Shown piece by piece: positions 59,195 through 64,000 of a stretch of DNA of 64,000 nucleotides. A model generated the notes under the pieces. The model did not search any database and was not told the origin of the DNA. It saw only the letters and a program-made list of their open reading frames with translations. The first letter of the stretch is position 1, and each line of letters begins with the position of its first letter. The stretch is from Candidatus Bathyarchaeota archaeon (GTDB lineage: Archaea; Thermoproteota; Bathyarchaeia; Bathyarchaeales; Bathycorpusculaceae). Made by a program: the position numbers and the translations under genes. Where the stretch lies: positions 99,963 through 163,962 of the forward strand of contig CAWAKC010000011.1 in the NCBI GenBank assembly GCA_963782525.1, given 5' to 3'.

Positions 59195-60661
59195 TTGTCA
59201 ATTAAATCTGTAGTGTGTCCTGTTTGTGGGTGTTTGTGTGACGATATTGAATTAACCGTTAAAGACGGGAAAGTAATTAGCGTCAAAAACGGTTGCGCAC
59301 TCAGTAACGCCAAATTTTTGGGCTATGCCCAGGAACATAGGGTTCAAAAACCACTTATAAGGAAAAACGGTAAATTAGCTGAAACTTCCATAGAAAAAGC
59401 TGTGCGTAAATCTGCCGAGATTCTCGCTAACGCAAATTACCCCCTCTTGTATGGTTGGAGTTCAACAAGCTGCGAAGCTCAACGTATTGGCGTAGAATTA
59501 GCCGAAGCGATCGGCGGGGTTCTTGACAACACATCAACTATCTGCCATGGGCCCTCGATCTTAGGCATTCAAGAAGTAGGTATTCCCACGTGCACTTTGG
59601 GTCAAATTAGACACCGTGCAGACCTTATCATTTATTGGGGCTGCGATCCTTGGAGTGCACACCCACGACATCTGGAAAGATATACTAGTTTCACTGAAGG
59701 AAGATTCGAGAAAAGCGAATGGAAAGCATACATGCAAAAACTCAAAGCATCAGCAGGTCAAAAGAAATTTGAAAGCGCTCAAAGAAGAGAATTTGTTAAA
59801 TTTCACCCACATGTCCATAAACAAAGCTGCGGTGCAAGTGGAGCACCTCAAATTCTGAGCAAAGGCGGACGAAAACTTGTAGTAATTGATGTCCGCGAAA
59901 CCATGACTGCAAAGATTGCTGACTACTTCGTCCAGGTTGAACCTAACAAAGACTATGAGCTCATGCAATCCTTGCGAGCGATAGTTATGGATCAGGAGCT
60001 TGACGTTGACAAAGTCGCAGGGGTTCCTGTAGAGTATCTGGAAGAAGTCGCTGATGCGTTGGTGAACTGTGAGTTCGGCGTTATCTTTTTTGGCATGGGT
60101 TTAACTCAGAGCGCTGGTAAAAGCCGAAACATAGAAGTTGCCATTCAGCTTGTTCGGGACCTTAACGCGCGGACAAAATTCGCTATTATGCCTATGAGAG
60201 GACACTTTAACGTTGCTGGCGCAAACATCGTTTTAGCTTGGCAGAGTGGCTATGCTTATGCTGTTGATTTTTCCCAAGGTTACCCGAGGTATAATCCGGG
60301 AGAAACATCTGTTGTCGATATTCTGCTGCGCAAAGAGTCGGATGCCGCTTTAGTTGTTGCATCGGATCCCATGGCTACCCTTCCAAAAGAAGCTGTAAAA
60401 CACCTAGTCAATAAGCCGCTTATTGTTATTGACCCTCACATGAACGCAACTTCGTTGATGGCTGATGTGGTTTTTCCCTCGGCGTTTGTTGGCATAGAAG
60501 TTGAAGGCACAGCTTATCGCATGGATCGAGTGCCGTTGCCTCTCAAGAAAGTTGTTGACCCTCCGGAAGGAATTTTGGGCGATGAAGAAATTTTGAAGAA
60601 AATTCTAGAAGAAATAAAACTAATAAAATCCCGGAAAAGGATTATTCCGATTGAATATTGA
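59195..60661 (+). CDS. fwdB: Formylmethanofuran dehydrogenase subunit B (Cys form), stand-alone
   Basis: CPVCGCLCDD, ICHGP, HPRHLERY, PMRGHFNV and GTAYRMD motifs. Confidence 0.93.
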   Translation: MSIKSVVCPVCGCLCDDIELTVKDGKVISVKNGCALSNAKFLGYAQEHRVQKPLIRKNGKLAETSIEKAVRKSAEILANANYPLLYGWSSTSCEAQRIGVELAEAIGGVLDNTSTICHGPSILGIQEVGIPTCTLGQIRHRADLIIYWGCDPWSAHPRHLERYTSFTEGRFEKSEWKAYMQKLKASAGQKKFESAQRREFVKFHPHVHKQSCGASGAPQILSKGGRKLVVIDVRETMTAKIADYFVQVEPNKDYELMQSLRAIVMDQELDVDKVAGVPVEYLEEVADALVNCEFGVIFFGMGLTQSAGKSRNIEVAIQLVRDLNARTKFAIMPMRGHFNVAGANIVLAWQSGYAYAVDFSQGYPRYNPGETSVVDILLRKESDAALVVASDPMATLPKEAVKHLVNKPLIVIDPHMNATSLMADVVFPSAFVGIEVEGTAYRMDRVPLPLKKVVDPPEGILGDEEILKKILEEIKLIKSRKRIIPIEY

Positions 60662-60800
60662 AAAAAAGCTATATGTTTTCTTCTGAACTATTCTCAACTT
60701 TAAGAAAGAAAAAAGCATGTGGCGAAAATTTTCCCTGTATTAGTAAATACTTCCAAGATAATTAATCTGTTTAGTTACAAATAGATTAGAGTGAGGATTA

Positions 60801-61428
60801 ATGTCGGCTGATCATAGTCGGCCTATTCATTTGAAGGTTCCTTTTTACAGGCAACACTACGACTTCACATGCGGTCCAGCTTCGTTAATGATGGTTATGA
60901 AATATTTTGACAACAATCTGCATCTTAGCAAGGATTTGGAGACTGACATCTGGAGGGAAGATAACATGGTGGAAGTCTACGGGACGAGCAGATACGGTCT
61001 CGCATATTCTGCAGCTGTACGCGGTTTCTATGCTAGTGTTACTAGTAACACTGATCGAATAGATTTTGTTGACCGACTTATGCCACCTGTAGAGAATCTA
61101 AACATGCAAATGATCAAGATTCATTTTGATAAAAGGAAAAAAGGTGCAAGAAACTTGGCGTCAAAGAGAGACAGCATGCAATCACTGAAAAGCTCATATT
61201 TGATTCTCTTCTCTCGGCCATGTTACTTTGGTGACTAACGCATTATTTTGTGAAAGTGAAAATCTGCTTCATTGGGTCATGGTAACCGGACTCGATGAGA
61301 GATATGTATACTTTAACAATCCCTTAGATTTAAGCCCGCGAAAAAGAAAGCTCGCGTTATCTGAGTTTCAAAAGTTCATTGGATACAGAGGTGATCAATC
61401 AATCGTAGAAATCTCGAAGCCCAAATGA
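60801..61428 (+). pseudogene. Peptidase C39-like protein, frameshifted
   Basis: PFYRQHYDFTCGPASLMM in the first frame; HWVMVTG...NNPL in a later frame. Confidence 0.75.
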
Positions 61429-61619
61429 ATGTGCTCCTCTCCAGGCACGCGAACGGGAAGCAAAGTTTACCTAGCTAAATGATGAACAAAATAGTTTTTC
61501 TAACTGCTGATTACGCTATATCAAAAAAAGAGAGCTAAATTTTTTGAAAATAAAATGGTTTTTTAATCAGAAGTTTTTGGTGAGCGGGAAACGCGAACAA
61601 CAGAGTGCTTTTTGGGGGG

Positions 61620-61904
61620 TTATAGAGTTTTGGCGATTTCGCTGAGTGGTTGAACTGGTCTAACTTCCACGGTCATTGGGCCGAAGAATTTTGTAATTGC
61701 TGCTTGATTTTCAGCTTCTATGGTGAAGAAGCCTTTATGGTCTGCGGCTGTGTCTTTTGGACAACTCATGTAAGCTGCAACTATTTTTATTCCTGCTTTC
61801 TTGACGTTTTCGTCAGAGAACAGTTGCTTTATCATGGTTTTTCCTTCAGGCTTTAATAAGGGGCACATTTTGGCAGGATGAGTATGGGTAGCTTCAAATA
61901 ACAT
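61620..61904 (-). CDS. Small ferredoxin-like-fold hypothetical protein (DUF3303-like)
   Basis: HTHPAKMCP, HKGFFTIEAEN and VEVRPV motifs; GGAGGTGA Shine-Dalgarno site. Confidence 0.7.
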   Translation of the reverse strand: MLFEATHTHPAKMCPLLKPEGKTMIKQLFSDENVKKAGIKIVAAYMSCPKDTAADHKGFFTIEAENQAAITKFFGPMTVEVRPVQPLSEIAKTL

Positions 61905-62101
61905 TAAATCACCTCCATTTTACGCAATTGATTCCTCAGGGTTTGTTTCTTGAATGGAGTTTAACTTGTAATTAAAGCTCATGTGACTGCAGGCATACAG
62001 CAACAGATTCAAAAACGTCCGCTCGCCTGTTTCCGTAACAGGTTTTATTTTTTCTTCTGAAAGGTTTCTTGATGTGACTTTTGCCTCCCAACGTGTTTTC
62101 G

Positions 62102-62515
62102 TTAATGGTGATGCGCATGGTAATCGCTGTGGTCATCGGTATGATGATGTGCATGCTCGCAGCCTTCAGTAAGCTCTTGAAGCTTGTCTTCCTTGTATGC
62201 AGCAACTATTTCGTTGACCATATCTGCGTTGGCTTTTAGCACGGCCACTCCCGCATTTTGGAAACTTATCAACCCTCTCGGTCCCATTCCATTAACTATG
62301 ATTGCGTTTGGCTTCAACTCCACCAAAATTTTATCATGTGCGTACCCAGTTCCACCCGAGTGTTCGCTAACATTTGGAAAAGTTTTAACTTCTGCAACTT
62401 CGTTTTTCTCGTCAAAGTCAACAACTGTATAGTAGGGAGCTCTTCCAAAATGCTCTGCTAAACGAGCGTTCAAACCACTCTGATCTTCCGAAGGAATTAC
62501 TACTCTATCTGTCAA
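62102..62515 (-). CDS. NifB/NifX-family (Nitro_FeMo-Co) protein with His-rich tail
   Basis: AEHFGRAPYY and GMGPRG motifs; ends CEHAHHHTDDHSDYHAHHH. Confidence 0.88.
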   Translation of the reverse strand: MTDRVVIPSEDQSGLNARLAEHFGRAPYYTVVDFDEKNEVAEVKTFPNVSEHSGGTGYAHDKILVELKPNAIIVNGMGPRGLISFQNAGVAVLKANADMVNEIVAAYKEDKLQELTEGCEHAHHHTDDHSDYHAHHH

Positions 62516-62806
62516 ATTACCTCACCTCCAATTCTGCAAAACCCAAAAGATTCCCTAAGTTTGTTTAGTTCAACTCGGTTCAATTTGTTTATCCACTCCA
62601 CTTTTCTCCGCCGCTTCCTGTTCCCATTCCATGACCCTCCCAACGAATGATCGAATCTATGGTAATCGTTTTTGTAGCTATTTCTTATCTCTTCTTTCAA
62701 GTGCGCCACGGATTTTTCCTAAGTACCCTATTCTCATTCAGTCCTACGTGTATTACAAAAAAGGGAAGCATTGATGAAGTTGTTTTATTTGTCAATTCAG
62801 GTTCGC

Positions 62807-63286
62807 TTATAGTAGGTTTGTGAATTCTTCTTCATGCTTTATTTCTTCGCCTAGAATGTGGTGAATTAGGTGGAAGGTTTTGACATCTGTGTTGTAACAG
62901 GGACCTATAAATTTCACTATTTTATTGTAGACGTCTATGGCGCAGCCTTCAGCCTTGACGAGCGCTTCTGGATTCCTTTTAGATCCTTCATATCTTTTGG
63001 ATAGTTTACGGCTTTGCAATTTGCCATGTCGTGTAATTTTTCGATTCCATATGGCAGAGTTCCGCCTAAACCTAGAATTTGCTCTGCTAATTGTCTGCGT
63101 GTTCTTTTCTTCATTCGGCCATTTTGCCAGCTAACTGTGCCACGTGGGTGAGATGATTCCGGTGGCGACTTTTGAAGCCCATTTGTAAGCGTAGTATGCA
63201 ATCCACTCGTCAGCATATGCCTTGTTTAAGAGTTCGAGAAGTTTATTTATATCAACTTCAACTATCGAACGGCCTTTTTTTCCCAT
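62807..63286 (-). pseudogene. Ferritin/DPS-like protein with multiple frameshifts
   Basis: LNKAYADEWIAYY, LAEQILGLGG and AEGCAIDVY...ILGEEIKHEEEF lie in three different frames. Confidence 0.85.
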
Positions 63287-64000
63287 AAAAATTACCTGTA
63301 CAGCAAAAGAGTTAGACTTAGTATTAAGCTTGTGTTGTTGCACGTGAATAGCAACAAATGTAAAATTATACCCGTTTAACTTAAGTGGTTATCCACAAAT
63401 CTACATACGCGTTCTGAAGGCATTAAACAAAAAATACGCTCCTCAGCTAACCTAATTTTGTCCATCCAGCCAAAAGACCGAAAATCTATGCTGGTTAAGG
63501 CTAAGAGTAGTTTGAGGTGATACTGAAGTCATACTTACTTTACCGAGCACGACATCCCCTAAGTACATCACGATATTCGCATGATCCACATTTCAATTTT
63601 AACTGGTCGAAGTCACGCAAAACCTTAAAAACCGCCGAGTTGAACCAAATATTCCTAAAAGACCTTTTTCATGGATGTTCCCAAGCTTAAAGAGGCATAT
63701 CACAGCAAAAAGAGGCTGGCACTGGACACTAACTAGCTTTACGATGGAATTTTGGGGAGAAAAGAGAGAGGAAAAACTAAAAAGATCACTTTGTTTTATT
63801 GGCTGTCATGATAGAGAATTTTATTTGTTTGACTGGTTTTTTTGGGGAGAACAGGTTAGATTGGTAAAATCTTAATTTTATTTTGATTGGAACCTAATAG
63901 TATTTCTTTAATGGGTTCTGAGAGTCTGTTGCAAGTTTTATGCGTTTCAAAATTAACACACCTTTCCAATATGCTTTTATTGCTTTTTGTTTTGGGCAAA

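Noticed and set aside
59195-60661. Selenocysteine-containing FwdB (FwuB)
   Set aside because: The active-site position is Cys (ICHGP) and the ORF has no in-frame TGA.

Overview
Archaeal chromosomal segment, most likely class Bathyarchaeia. This is inferred from TFB, eIF6, S19e/L31e/L39e/L18a, A1-U72 tRNA-Gln genes, an A-type ATP synthase, FwdB and the style of the small hypothetical proteins and integrase. Core or metabolic blocks: iorAB-Liv-paaI (1-5283); the rps19e-ftsY translation cluster (22259-26215); deoxyhypusine synthase; a rearranged A-type ATP synthase locus with subunit I inverted (34960-44210); NfeD; a gluconate-2-dehydrogenase-like pair with a blue-copper protein; a divergent thermosome; aIF1 and TFB; and a NikR/ZnuABC/desulforedoxin/FwdB metal region with a repeated TTATTA-N16-TAATAA palindrome. 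There are three tRNA genes (Cys-GCA, Gln-CTG, Gln-TTG). The most unusual part is the accessory region downstream of tRNA-Cys (about 5446-13320). It holds a tyrosine-integrase remnant and two near-identical 116-117 bp repeats that end exactly in the tRNA-Cys 3' end. It also holds a series of small genes, each followed by a degenerate tRNA-mimic element (closing stem + GGWGA-NN-TCTCC palindrome + T-loop hairpin), plus an intact IS1182. An orphan contractile-injection-system tube/tube-initiator pair lies at 15489-16684. All calls come from manual reading of the sequence and ORF track; no database searches were run.
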